NCBI GenBank assembly: GCA_965215365.1
Contig: CBDCDS010000003.1
Coordinates: forward strand, 832,001 to 896,000
Source: Gammaproteobacteria bacterium
Lineage (GTDB): Bacteria; Pseudomonadota; Gammaproteobacteria; Eutrophobiales; Eutrophobiaceae
DNA length: 64,000 nt
Reading direction: 5' to 3'
Part shown: one piece after another, positions 32,665 through 44,011 of the stretch
Layout: each line of letters begins with the position of its first letter
Position numbering within the stretch: the first letter of the stretch is position 1
Translations under genes and position numbers: made by a program
The notes under the pieces: generated by a model
Seen by the model: the letters and a program-made list of their open reading frames with translations, nothing else
Databases searched by the model: none
Told to the model about the DNA's origin: nothing

Positions 32665-33059
32665 TCAATCATACAAAAACCCTGCATAGACAAATGCGCC
32701 ACTGATGCTTTCACGGTCGGTTTTCGATACGCCTGCTCTGTGGGCCGCGCCTTGCCAGGTATTCGCGATTTGTTCCCGCATATCATCTAGGAGTCTGGTC
32801 GCGGCAGCTTTATCAAGCAAAAAGCGGTTTGCTTGGGACAACAGGTTTGCTGCATTGGCGTGGCGGCCTTGGTCCCCGCAAATCAGCGCCAGGTCGCGCC
32901 GCTCAATACTGATCGGTGTGAAAGGTGTCAGGTCATAGGCGGGGGATAGCTGCCAATCATGCTCCCTAGCGATGACGGCGTGGTTGCGCGGATGGTCATC
33001 GATGTTCGATATTAACGCATTGAAACACATGCGCCGGAACAGTTCCGTTCAGAAATCAT
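32665..33059 (-). pseudogene. hipA: HipA-family kinase toxin with a large internal deletion
   Basis: Probable start ATG 33059 (MISE) overlaps the antitoxin stop and is joined out of frame to ELFRRMCFNALISNIDDHPRNH...LSPAYDL, the C-terminal kinase lobe only. Confidence 0.82.
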
Positions 33060-33390
33060 TGTCCAACTTTCTTGCGTGGCGGGCGCGTTCGCGCGCGTTC
33101 TCACTCAGGCCGGCAAGGCCGGTGGTGTCTGAGCTGGGGTCTGCCAGTTCTACTGCGGGTTCCAGCAAGTCATACGCCCATAGCAGGGCAACATAGACGC
33201 CGACTCCGGTTGCAACCTTACCTTGTTCGGCGGCACGGACGGCGCGCACTCCTGCACCGATTTTTGCTGCCACCTGTTCTAGGGTGAGGTTGCGTCGCAA
33301 ACGCGCGGCGCGCAGGTTGGCGCCAATCCGCTTGATGGTCTGCTCAACCGGGTAAGGCGGGGACGCCGTCAGTGTGTTTTGCATTGGCAT
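33049..33390 (-). CDS. XRE/HTH antitoxin (HipB-like)
   Basis: IGANLRAARLRRNLTLEQVAAKIG helix-turn-helix, directly upstream of the hipA remnant. Confidence 0.85.
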   Translation of the reverse strand: MPMQNTLTASPPYPVEQTIKRIGANLRAARLRRNLTLEQVAAKIGAGVRAVRAAEQGKVATGVGVYVALLWAYDLLEPAVELADPSSDTTGLAGLSENARERARHARKLDNDF

Positions 33391-33699
33391 AGTATCTTAA
33401 TAGCATTTTATGTTTTTTAATTTGCTTTTGAAAGCATAAATTTAATTGTCTGGTATTGCAAGAGTCCCGCTAATCAGGTTCAGCAAGACCTTTATTTGGA
33501 AAACAAAATCAGCCGAGTGGCAAATGAGTCCCGTAATTTCAAACACTCAGCCAGTTTGAATGGTACAATCGACGCTCAACTTTTGTCTCGAAAATCTTGC
33601 TCAAGGATTAAGTGGTCGCCTATTGTATTTTTGAAAATTCGATATTAAGGATTCCCTGTTAACCTTCGCCTTAATTACACAATTACGCCTCACTTAGAA

Positions 33700-35091
33700 A
33701 TGCCGATGACCGAATCCACACCCACTAAAGATATTTGTGGTACACCGTATAGTTTTGAAGAATCCCAGAAACCGCTTCTGGAGAAATTGTCAGAGCGTGT
33801 GCGGGATATGAGAAAAGCGGGAAAGCTGACTTCGGAGGTGCTTGGTAATATAAGAAAACACTTCAGGATAAAGAGTATCTATCATTCAAATGCAATCGAG
33901 GGTAATAATTTGGATGTTGGAGAGACTAGGCAAGTGGTCGAGTACGGGCTGACAATAACAGGCAAACCTCTTAAAGATCAAGCAGAAGCAAAGAATTTGA
34001 AGGACGCATTGGATTTTTTGGAGGAATTGGCGGGTTCATCAAATAATCCAATTACTGAAACTGATATTAGACAAATTCACAATTTAGTGCTGAAAGACAT
34101 AGACAATGATAACGCAGGACAGTATCGAAGCGTTTCGGTAGAAATTAGTGGCTCTGAATTTATACCTCCTCCGCCGGAATCAGTGCCGCCACAAATGAAC
34201 GAATTTGGAAATTGGTTATCATCGGTTTCGTCTGTAACTGAGAACTATGGATGGCTCGATGCGGTGCTTTATGCCGCAGTTGCTCATACTTGGTTTGTAT
34301 CTATTCACCCTTTTATCGATGGGAACGGAAGAGTAGCCAGACTGATCATGAACCTCATGTTAATGAGATATGGTTACCCCATAGCCATTATCACAAAAGA
34401 TGACAGACTGAGATATTACGATGCTCTGGAAATTTCTCAAAGCTCGGACTTGTCACCATTTATCGCTCTTGTCACAGAATGTATAAACGAAAGTCTGGAG
34501 GAGTATGAGGAAGCAGCCAAAAAGCAGATCGAAAAAATAGAGTGGGCGACAGCACTGGCCTCCAGATTTTCACAGTCAGAGCATGTTCGGATAAAAAACG
34601 ACTATGAAGTGTGGAGAAGTGCAATGGAATTGCTGAGAAGCTATTTCCGACAATCTGCAGAATTAGTTAATGAAGCCACTCCTCTGGCAAGTGTCCATTT
34701 TAGAGATTTCGGCGTATTGGAATATGAAAAATATCTCAGCCTCAGGGTGGGGGAATCCGCCAAGAAAACATGGTTTTTCAAAGTGGATTTCAAGAGTGGA
34801 GACAAATCAGCCCGCTACCTTTTCTTTTTCGGTTCGCCAACCAAGTATCTGAAAGGCAAATCTGACGTCACGCTTCATTTATGTCGTGAGGAACCTCCGG
34901 GCTCATTTAATTACGAAAAATTGGACCATATCGGGGCTCCAAACATCCCAAACATCGTTGAGATTGGATACCATGCTCGCGGTGAAAATTTTGTTTCAAG
35001 AGCAAAATCCAGACAGGGCAAAATAGATAAGATTGAAAAAATCGGGCAACGCTTTTTTGATGACGTAATATCGCTCCACTTCCAGTCGTGA
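33700..35091 (+). CDS. Fic-domain protein with a long C-terminal extension
   Basis: HSNAIEGN and the catalytic motif HPFIDGNGRVAR. Visibly AT-richer than the flanking rpe. Confidence 0.92.
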   Translation: MPMTESTPTKDICGTPYSFEESQKPLLEKLSERVRDMRKAGKLTSEVLGNIRKHFRIKSIYHSNAIEGNNLDVGETRQVVEYGLTITGKPLKDQAEAKNLKDALDFLEELAGSSNNPITETDIRQIHNLVLKDIDNDNAGQYRSVSVEISGSEFIPPPPESVPPQMNEFGNWLSSVSSVTENYGWLDAVLYAAVAHTWFVSIHPFIDGNGRVARLIMNLMLMRYGYPIAIITKDDRLRYYDALEISQSSDLSPFIALVTECINESLEEYEEAAKKQIEKIEWATALASRFSQSEHVRIKNDYEVWRSAMELLRSYFRQSAELVNEATPLASVHFRDFGVLEYEKYLSLRVGESAKKTWFFKVDFKSGDKSARYLFFFGSPTKYLKGKSDVTLHLCREEPPGSFNYEKLDHIGAPNIPNIVEIGYHARGENFVSRAKSRQGKIDKIEKIGQRFFDDVISLHFQS

Positions 35092-35120
35092 CCGTGTTTA
35101 CACCTACATAATTCACTACC

Positions 35121-35792
35121 GTGCCCGATTACCTCATTGCGCCGTCGATACTCGCCGCCGACATGGCCCGCTTAGGGCAGGAAGTGGCGGCTGTGCTCGA
35201 CGCGGGCGCGGATTATATTCACGTGGATGTGATGGATAACCATTACGTGCCGAATCTGACGTTTGGTCCGGTGGTGGTGCGGGCGCTGCGGGATTACGGC
35301 ATTACTGCGCCCATGGATGTGCACCTGATGCTCGAGCCGGTGGACCGGATCATCCCGGAGTTTGCCGCCGCCGGGGCCGACATTATCACCTTCCACCCGG
35401 AGGCCAGTCGTCATGTGGACCGCAGCCTGCAACTGATCCGCGACCAGGGTTGTCGCGCCGGCCTGGTATTCAACCCGGCGACGCCCCTGGATACTATCCC
35501 GCACGTTATCGACAAGCTGGATATGATATTGATCATGTCCGTCAACCCCGGCTTTGGTGGCCAGAGTTTCATTCCTGCGGCGCTGGACAAGTTGCGAGCG
35601 GCGCGGGCACTCATCGAGGCGTCAGGCCGGGACATCCGGCTGGAGATCGACGGCGGTGTGAACGCGGATAACATCGCCACCATTGCTGCGGCTGGCGCGG
35701 ATACGTTTGTCGCAGGTTCGGCGATTTTCGGCAGTGGTGATTACGCCGGCGCCATTGCGGCAATGAGAACGGCATTGACCGCTGCGGGGTGA
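35121..35792 (+). CDS. rpe: Ribulose-phosphate 3-epimerase
   Basis: [38 protein letters not shown]. Confidence 0.97.
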   Translation: MPDYLIAPSILAADMARLGQEVAAVLDAGADYIHVDVMDNHYVPNLTFGPVVVRALRDYGITAPMDVHLMLEPVDRIIPEFAAAGADIITFHPEASRHVDRSLQLIRDQGCRAGLVFNPATPLDTIPHVIDKLDMILIMSVNPGFGGQSFIPAALDKLRAARALIEASGRDIRLEIDGGVNADNIATIAAAGADTFVAGSAIFGSGDYAGAIAAMRTALTAAG

Positions 35793-35865
35793 CAACGCCA
35801 TGCTGTTGCTGTTCGACCATTACCACTCCTCCCCGGCGCTTATGCCCGGATGCAGGTAGCCAATC

Positions 35866-36446
35866 ATGCTGTTAATGATCGACAATTACGATTCGTTCAC
35901 TTACAACCTGGTGCAATACTTCGGTGAGCTGGGTCAGGAGGTGGAGGTATATCGCAACGATCAGGTCACCTTGGAACAGATTCGAGCGCTGGCGCCGGAA
36001 TATATCGTGATCTCCCCCGGGCCCTGTACACCCAACGAAGCCGGGATCTCGGTTGACGTGATCAACGGGTTTATGGATAAAATCCCGATCTTGGGGGTGT
36101 GCTTGGGGCATCAGAGCATCGGCCAGGCGCTGGGCGGACGCATCGTTCATGCCGGCCGCATCATGCACGGCAAGACCTCTGACATCCACCATCGCAATAC
36201 CGATGTGTTCGCCGGCCTAGAAAGCCCGTTCGTGGCGACCCGTTACCATTCCCTAGTCATCGAACAGGACTCGCTGCCGGACTGTCTGGAAGTCACCGCC
36301 TGGACCTGCTCACAAGACGGGGACATGGATGAAATCATGGGAGTCAGGCACAAGGACTACCCCGTTTACGGCGTGCAGTTCCATCCCGAGTCGATACTGA
36401 CCACTTTCGGCCATCACCTGCTCAGGAACTTCCTGCAGTTGCACTG

Positions 36447-36447
<1 letters not shown>
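35866..36447 (+). CDS. trpG: Anthranilate synthase component II (glutamine amidotransferase)
   Basis: [31 protein letters not shown]; directly upstream of trpD. Confidence 0.93.
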
Positions 36448-37469
<1,022 letters not shown>

Positions 37470-37482
37470 ACGGGAATTTATT

Positions 37483-38277
37483 TTGCGCGCAGCCGACATT
37501 CTGGCAACCATTCTGGCCGGCAAGCGCGAATGGATTGCCGCCCGACAAGCCGCCGTGCCGTTGGCGCAGCTGCAGCGTCAGGCCGCGGCCGCCGCACCCT
37601 GTCGGGGGTTTTATCAGGCGTTGCGCAAGCCCATTGACCGCGGCCAACCTGCAATCATTGCCGAGCTTAAAAAGGCCTCGCCCAGTAAAGGCGTGATCCG
37701 CCCGCACTTCGACCCGGCTGCACTGGCCGGCACCTATACACAAGCCGGGGCCGCCTGCCTGTCGGTGCTGACCGATGAGAAATTTTTCCAGGGCGCCGAC
37801 GCGCACCTGCAACAGGCTCGGGCGGCCACCCACCTGCCGGTACTGCGCAAGGACTTCATCATCGACCCGTATCAGGTCTATGAGTCCCGGGCCATCGGCG
37901 CCGATTGTATCCTGCTGATTGTAGCCGCCCTGGAGGACTTGCTCATGCAGGAACTGGCGGCGCTGGCCGGCGAGTGTGGCCTGGAGGTGCTGGTAGAAGT
38001 GCATAACCGCGAGGAACTGGAGCGGGCACTGCTGCTGCGCACACCCCTGGTTGGCATCAACAACCGTAACCTGCATACCTTCGAGACCTCCCTGCAAACC
38101 ACCTTGGACCTGTTGCCGGACATGTTCCCCGATCGCACCGTAGTGACCGAAAGCGGCATCCACAGCCGCACGCAGGTCGAACTGATGCGCAACAATGACG
38201 TGCACGCCTTTTTAATTGGAGAGTCCCTGTTGCGCGCAGAAGACCCCGGGGTGGCGCTGCGCGCGTTGCTGGAGTGA
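37483..38277 (+). CDS. trpC: Indole-3-glycerol-phosphate synthase
   Basis: [41 protein letters not shown]. Confidence 0.96.
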   Translation: MRAADILATILAGKREWIAARQAAVPLAQLQRQAAAAAPCRGFYQALRKPIDRGQPAIIAELKKASPSKGVIRPHFDPAALAGTYTQAGAACLSVLTDEKFFQGADAHLQQARAATHLPVLRKDFIIDPYQVYESRAIGADCILLIVAALEDLLMQELAALAGECGLEVLVEVHNREELERALLLRTPLVGINNRNLHTFETSLQTTLDLLPDMFPDRTVVTESGIHSRTQVELMRNNDVHAFLIGESLLRAEDPGVALRALLE

Positions 38278-38350
38278 TAGATCATCTACCTCTAAAAATT
38301 TGTGTAAAATACGTATATTATGCGGATTGCATAGTAAATAGGATTTCCTG

Positions 38351-38611
38351 ATGAATAGCGTAACAATCACTCAACTACAGCGTCATATCGGCAATATTCA
38401 AGACTTAGCTGCAAAAGAACCCGTCTCTATCACCCGAAATGGCCGAGAAAAATATATTTTGCTGTCGGCCGAGGAGTACCAGCGCCTCAAACGTCGCGAC
38501 AGACAGGTCCTGGGCATTGAGGACTTAAGCGAGGACGAGGTCCGTGCTATAGCTGCGGCAAAGGTGCCTGAAGAATACGCTTACCTGAACGACTTGCTCG
38601 GCGAAGAATAA
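38351..38611 (+). CDS. Phd/YefM family antitoxin
   Basis: EPVSITRNGREKYILLSAEEYQRL is the Phd signature. Confidence 0.88.
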   Translation: MNSVTITQLQRHIGNIQDLAAKEPVSITRNGREKYILLSAEEYQRLKRRDRQVLGIEDLSEDEVRAIAAAKVPEEYAYLNDLLGEE

Positions 38612-38624
38612 CCGAAAAACTCGC

Positions 38625-38786
38625 ATGACCCAATTCCCAGACCCATTTCCGGGTCCTGATATCAGACCAATTGGCAGGCAAGGCAATAAAACATACAGTT
38701 ATGGTGTTTTGCCTTCCAGGCTGTTTTCAAAAGTCACGAAAACTATCGTTCGTTCATTGGCAAAAACAGTGAGTCGCAGTGACTGA
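38625..38786 (+). pseudogene. Remnant of the cognate toxin (53 aa, probable internal deletion)
   Basis: Hand translation: MTQFPDPFPGPDIRPIGRQGNKTYSYGVLPSRLFSKV...VSRSD*. It resembles the fused N- and C-termini of a PemK-like Phd partner (from recall, unverified). Confidence 0.55.
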
Positions 38787-38879
38787 GTCCTGACAGAGGC
38801 ACAGAACGCGGACTGCCTTCCGCACAGTTAGCTGGGCACTGATCAGGGTTTAGATGGTTCTTCGTGATATATGCGGACT

Positions 38880-40112
38880 TCAAAACAAATCGGTCAGATC
38901 ATTCTCGTCCTCGACTTGGATTGGCTTGGAAGGCTTGGATGACTCCTTTGCCTGCCTCTGTATAGTGAGATTCCCATCCTGTTGGAGTTTTTCAAAACAC
39001 GTACGAAAAAGGATGTTATCGCTGTCCGTTGCGCTGAAATAAATCCACTTCGTTGCCCGGGTAATTCCGACAAACAGCCATTTATCCAGCCTCTCATCTT
39101 CCAGCCAATTTGGAAAACGGTCGAGGTTCAGGCAAGGCATGAACACGGAATCAACAGTGATGCCCTTGGCGCTTGGGTATGCTATCAGTTTTGGGACTGG
39201 GGTACTGAAATCAATACTGCCGTACCTATTGGCTACTTCTACTTCCAAGCCGGATTCTTGCAGGATATTTGCATAGTTGGAAATTTGGTTTCTGGCGGGA
39301 AACAGGATGGCGATGCGCTCCCCCCTGTCGATTCTGGAACGTAGCGCTTCAACCAGTTTTTTTTGTTCATCTTCATAACTATCTGCGAGGTAGCATAATG
39401 GAGATCGTCGTTCGCCTCTGTCAACAGGTCGATTTTGTTTGATAAATGCCTCTCTTTCCGCCGGATCTCGAATAAAGGAAGCAGCAACCCGCACGATATA
39501 CGGTGAACAACGGTAAGCATCAAGAAGTTGAACATTGCGTTTGTGCAATCCCAACGCAAATAAAATGTTTTTTTCATCCGCCCCATTATCGTACAACTGC
39601 TGTTTGTGATCCATGAATACGGTAACGTGGGCAGCCATTCTGTTGAGCGTTTCATACGCTCGGGTATCCATGTCCTGCCCTTCGTCAACCATAACGAAAT
39701 CATAAAGAGGCAGGGAAACGCGAGGCAGGGATGAAGTCACGCTTTCCCATACCGCCTGCCGAATAGCGTCGAAGTCGGGCCTGTTTTCCTTGCGGGGTAA
39801 AGGTTTATTGATATGTTTCTCATGGAAATCTTTAAACCAACTGTCAAACGTGGTGACACAGTTATCTGGAAGACCAAGATCACGTAACGCAGAGCGGATA
39901 TAGCCCTTCAGCACTTTTGTGTATACAAGGATCCGGTAGCGTTTATCAGGCGATCCGTATTCATCAATCAAATGTCGCGCGCGATGCAACAATACCAAGG
40001 TCTTGCCGGACCCCGGCGACCCTACGACCACGCGATGTTCCCTGGGATTTAATTCAACCGTACGGAGCTGGGCCGGGGTAAGTTCATTTCGAGGAATCAG
40101 CCAACTCATCAC
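38880..40112 (-). CDS. Superfamily 1 (UvrD-like) helicase/ATPase
   Basis: Walker A GSPGSGKT, Walker B VDEGQD, YRCS, AKGITVD, FVGITRA. Overlaps the upstream stop by 4 bp. Confidence 0.88.
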   Translation of the reverse strand: MMSWLIPRNELTPAQLRTVELNPREHRVVVGSPGSGKTLVLLHRARHLIDEYGSPDKRYRILVYTKVLKGYIRSALRDLGLPDNCVTTFDSWFKDFHEKHINKPLPRKENRPDFDAIRQAVWESVTSSLPRVSLPLYDFVMVDEGQDMDTRAYETLNRMAAHVTVFMDHKQQLYDNGADEKNILFALGLHKRNVQLLDAYRCSPYIVRVAASFIRDPAEREAFIKQNRPVDRGERRSPLCYLADSYEDEQKKLVEALRSRIDRGERIAILFPARNQISNYANILQESGLEVEVANRYGSIDFSTPVPKLIAYPSAKGITVDSVFMPCLNLDRFPNWLEDERLDKWLFVGITRATKWIYFSATDSDNILFRTCFEKLQQDGNLTIQRQAKESSKPSKPIQVEDENDLTDLF

Positions 40113-43100
40113 CCAACCTTCGTGATCCCACCAGCCTTGTCAGGCAGATGCCCAACTTCTGATGTTGTTCCTGTTGTTGTTTTTCGTCTGTTCTGTTCAA
40201 CTTCTGCCTGCCGGATACGGTCTTTGTCTCCGGCCAATTTAGCACCGTGCCGATACCAGCTCAGTTCCCAATCACACAGTTCGGACGGTGTATCATAATC
40301 TTCAAAGGCTTCGGCAAGTAACGCATCACGTTGTTCTGTCTGTCCAAGTCTGTCAGCGAGGCGGGCTTTGAGCACAAGATAGGAGGGCTCTCGTTCCACA
40401 GCAATTGCCTCATCAATGGTTTGCATGGCTGTTTGAAATTCTCCCTGTCCATCTTGAGACAGGGCAAGATTAAACAGTGAACCTGAGTGAGGGGAGTTTC
40501 TGGCAGCTTCCCGGTAAAACTTTTCTTCTCGTTTATAGTCCCGCATTTCACCGCTGATAGTTCCCATACGGTTGAGAATTTCTGCATCCTTGCACTGTCT
40601 GTTCAGTTCGGACAGATAATACAATGCTTTTTCATAATTACCCAGATTTTTGTCCAGGTTCAATACATATGAGACTCAGAGGCAGGCTGTGTGAGTTGTT
40701 GATAATACTCCATTGGGGTTAATAAACCAATACCGTCATGCGGGCGGTAGGTATTGTAGTATTGCTGATACTCTGCCAGTTTGCGGTTGATGGCGGCCAC
40801 GGTCAGTGGGCCCTCGTAGAACGGATAGAACTCATAGCGGCTGGTGGCATTGGCGCGTTCTACACAGCCGTTGTATTCGGGTTTTTTCGGGGGCAGCACG
40901 TACAGGGGGATTCCTAAGTCCTGGCAAGCCTGCTCGAACTCATCTCGGAACTCCGAGCCGCCATCGACCTGGATAGAACGGATGGGAAACGGCGCCTCAC
41001 CGAGCAGCGCTTTTAAGAAGCGCCGGGCATTGCCACTGGTGGCCCGACTGTAGGCTCGCAGCGCACTCCATTTGCTCACCGGACAGACGGCCTTGAACTC
41101 CTTCACCGTGATGCCGTCCGTGAAGCCGACACTCATGTGGTCTATCTGCATCAACTCCCCTGGCGCCTTAGCCTTCATCCCGTAGCGCCAGCGCTTGGCA
41201 TGATGGGTAAACGCCCGGCGGCGCTTAGGCTTCACCCGGCCATAGTAAAACGCCACCGGCTTGACCCGACCCAGCCGCACCAGCTTCGCCACGATGCGCC
41301 CGACCGTACTCTCGCTCAAAGTCCAGCCCTGCTCGCGCACCCCCACCCGCCAGAGCTTACGCTTACCCCATAACGGATAACGTTGGCGAAGGTGCAAGAC
41401 CTGCTGCTCGTGCTGGCGCGTCCATTGCGGCACACGCCGCCGCCGCGGCGCACGAGAGCCACACCCCAGACCCTTCAGCCCATGTTCACGATACCGCTTC
41501 AACCAACGGTAGTAGGTCGCCCTCGACCCACCTACTGCTGCCAGTGCCGTCGCCTCACCACACCCATCCTCGCGTAACGTCGCAACCAATTCCAACTGCT
41601 TCAAACGACCGCGCGCGTCAGCATCGGTAGTATCATCGACGCGCCAACTGCGATATGATTTCACCCGCAGGCTTTTGATCTGCATCGGGTAGTCCTCCTG
41701 TGTCAATTAGTTGAGATTAATTCACACACAGACTACCCGATTTCTTTATCTAAAGAGTCTCACTTGTTTCTGAACCCGGACAGATTTTTTTCTAACTCGG
41801 CAATCTTTTCAAGTGTTTCCCGTTGCTCCTTCCGGTCCATCGCCCCGGTATGCATCCGTTCTTTCAGTTCAAGAATTTTGTCACGATCAGCGTTGGGGTT
41901 TACGACGTTGGTTAGTGGATTTTCGATCCTTCCCTTAAACTCTGTCTGCTTTGGCTTATGCACCAAATTCAGGTGAACCTCCAACACCTGATTCTCATCC
42001 ATGCGGTACCGCAACTGTATCTGTTCTCCCTTGTTAACGGTTTCATGGATTGGCCAAAGCGCGGACATGAGATTTTTCCCAACCGAATTCAGCAGTTCGA
42101 TCCTGATCGGCTCATTACCCATAAAAATAGTCTTGGGAATGGTAAGGCTGTTATTCTCCTCCCAGCCTTCAGCAGACGGGAAGGGGAGCTTCACACCGGC
42201 GCCAAGCAACTCCACTGGCCCCTTTGATGTTTCAATACTGATACTGTCACTCGCCACTGTCGGCACTATGCCCTGACCGTACAGAGCCAGGGAAAGCGCC
42301 TGCAACGCCGCACCGCGAGCGGCGGCGGTCTGAATATGTTCCGCGTCTTCAAAATACAGGAATTGTGCACTATGGAAGTAACCGGCTACTGCTTCCGCCA
42401 CTTGCGGTATCAGACTGCTGCCACCCACCATCAGGCAGAGGTCAATGTCCCCTTTGTCAAGGCTGGCGCGCTCTAAGGCGTCTTGCAGAGGGGCAAATAT
42501 TGAGCAGGTCGTAAGATAATCGCTCTCTCGGGGATAGAGCAAATCGGGGTCCAGAAAAGGTTCAAGTACCTTGTCAAATTGCACTGCGCTTAGTGTCGGG
42601 CTTCGCAGATGGGTCTCCTTCCCATCAGGAAGGCGGCAGGGATAGGAACTCGGGAGTTTCTGAACCAGACGGGCGCGTTGTTCCTCGTCATAGCGATCAT
42701 GTTTTTTGAGGCGGGTGATTTCCTTGCAAAGACCGATTTTCAGGGACTCCGCTGCGCCTAGCAAAGCAGGGATCAGGAAGTCAGTTTTTGCCCTGTAATC
42801 GATGACATCGGGAGCAATCTCATTCTGAGCCATTAACTGAGGCAACAAAACATCGACTGTAATAGCACGGTCTATATCTCCGCCACCGATTCTGTGATAG
42901 CGGGAGACTGCAAGCGGTGCAATTCTGAACGGCTGACCGGATCCTGTTGGCAAAAGCTGGAATACGGCAACATCGCAAGTGCCGCCACCGAAATCAAATA
43001 CCGCGAGTTTCCGGGGAGATGATACCTTCATCTGTTCTTTGTGGGTCCAGCAATAATCAAGAAACGCGGCGACAGGCTCATCCAGCAGCGCTCCCTCCAT

Positions 43101-43631
43101 AATCCTGATTCCAGCAATTTCCGCGGCCTTTCTTGTGTCGACTCTCTGCGCCACTTGAAAAGAGGCAGGAACGGTAACGACAGTGGTTTCAACAGGCATG
43201 GACTCGTCTGTCAAGGCCGCATCCATGAGGGATTTGAGCACATGTCCGCCGATATCACTGGCTGAGCGGAAACCTTCCGGTGCCTTGCGATAGGTGCCTC
43301 GCACTCCTATATCATTCTTGCAGTCCCAGAAAATGTCCTTATTCCGAACTAATCCAAACTCCTTGAGACGAGGATGTAGCTCTCTGGCCCCCTCACCCAC
43401 GTACCATTTACCTTCGTGAAACGCTACGATTGACGGCACCAGAGTATGCGTGTACAACCCCCTCTGGGTTTCCTGCTCCACTTCAATACAACGCGCATCA
43501 GGCAAGGAGCTCTTGCCTGGCTGCATTACGATTTCGGCTATTGCGGAATTTGTCGTGCCCAAGTCAATACCTATGACACGTCGAGGCCTATCCGATGTGC
43601 TGACCTGAGTGTTATCGTGGATAATCAACAT
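40109..43631 (-). pseudogene. Hsp70/DnaK-like ATPase fused to a TPR C-terminus, split by IS481
   Basis: GIDLGTTNS, TVPASF, DEPVAA, FDFGGGTCD, VGGSSLIP. Removing the IS and one GATTTT copy restores ...ELEKNLGNYEKALYY... as one 794-aa frame. Confidence 0.9.
40651..41782 (-). mobile_element. IS481-family element, complete
   Basis: TGT...ACA ends with inverted repeats (tgtccaggttca / tgaacccggaca), 6-bp target duplication GATTTT, and a transposase at about 40660-41685 with QIDH, QVDGGSEF, NGCVERAN. Confidence 0.93.
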
Positions 43632-43735
43632 TGCGCGACTATAGCACAATTGCCCGGAGATTAGTGTCCAGATCGGGTAACATACCCGGAAGCCTGTTAA
43701 ACATTTATTCGCTTTACCTGTAAGATGAACCCAGG

Positions 43736-43954
43736 ATGAATACTGAACACATCTATACGGCCGGGCTGGGCAAAAACCAGGCCAACTACGCGCCACTGTC
43801 TCCCCTCACCTTCATCGAGCGGGCGGCTGCCGTTTATCCCGATTATGTTGCCGTGGTGCACGGTGAGCTGCGCTTCACCTGGGCCGAGACCTACGGCCGC
43901 TGCTGGCGTCACCCCGGACCTGGTGCGCATCTCGGTGGGATTAGAAACCATTGA
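43736..43954 (+). pseudogene. 5' fragment of an acyl-CoA synthetase
   Basis: [37 protein letters not shown] is a typical N-terminus; the frame then ends. Confidence 0.75.
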
Positions 43955-44011
43955 TGATATTTTATGGGACCTGAATCAGGCCTTGCGGAAATCCCAGTGA
44001 AGGAAAGCACG

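Noticed and set aside
41640-41685. IS481 transposase N-terminus MQIKSLRVKSYRSW resembling an ABC-ATPase first strand
   Set aside because: It lies inside the IS ends in both copies and no Walker A follows, so it is probably coincidental.
41760-43796. Housekeeping dnaK
   Set aside because: Highly divergent, TPR-fused, no dnaJ/grpE nearby, and interrupted by an IS.
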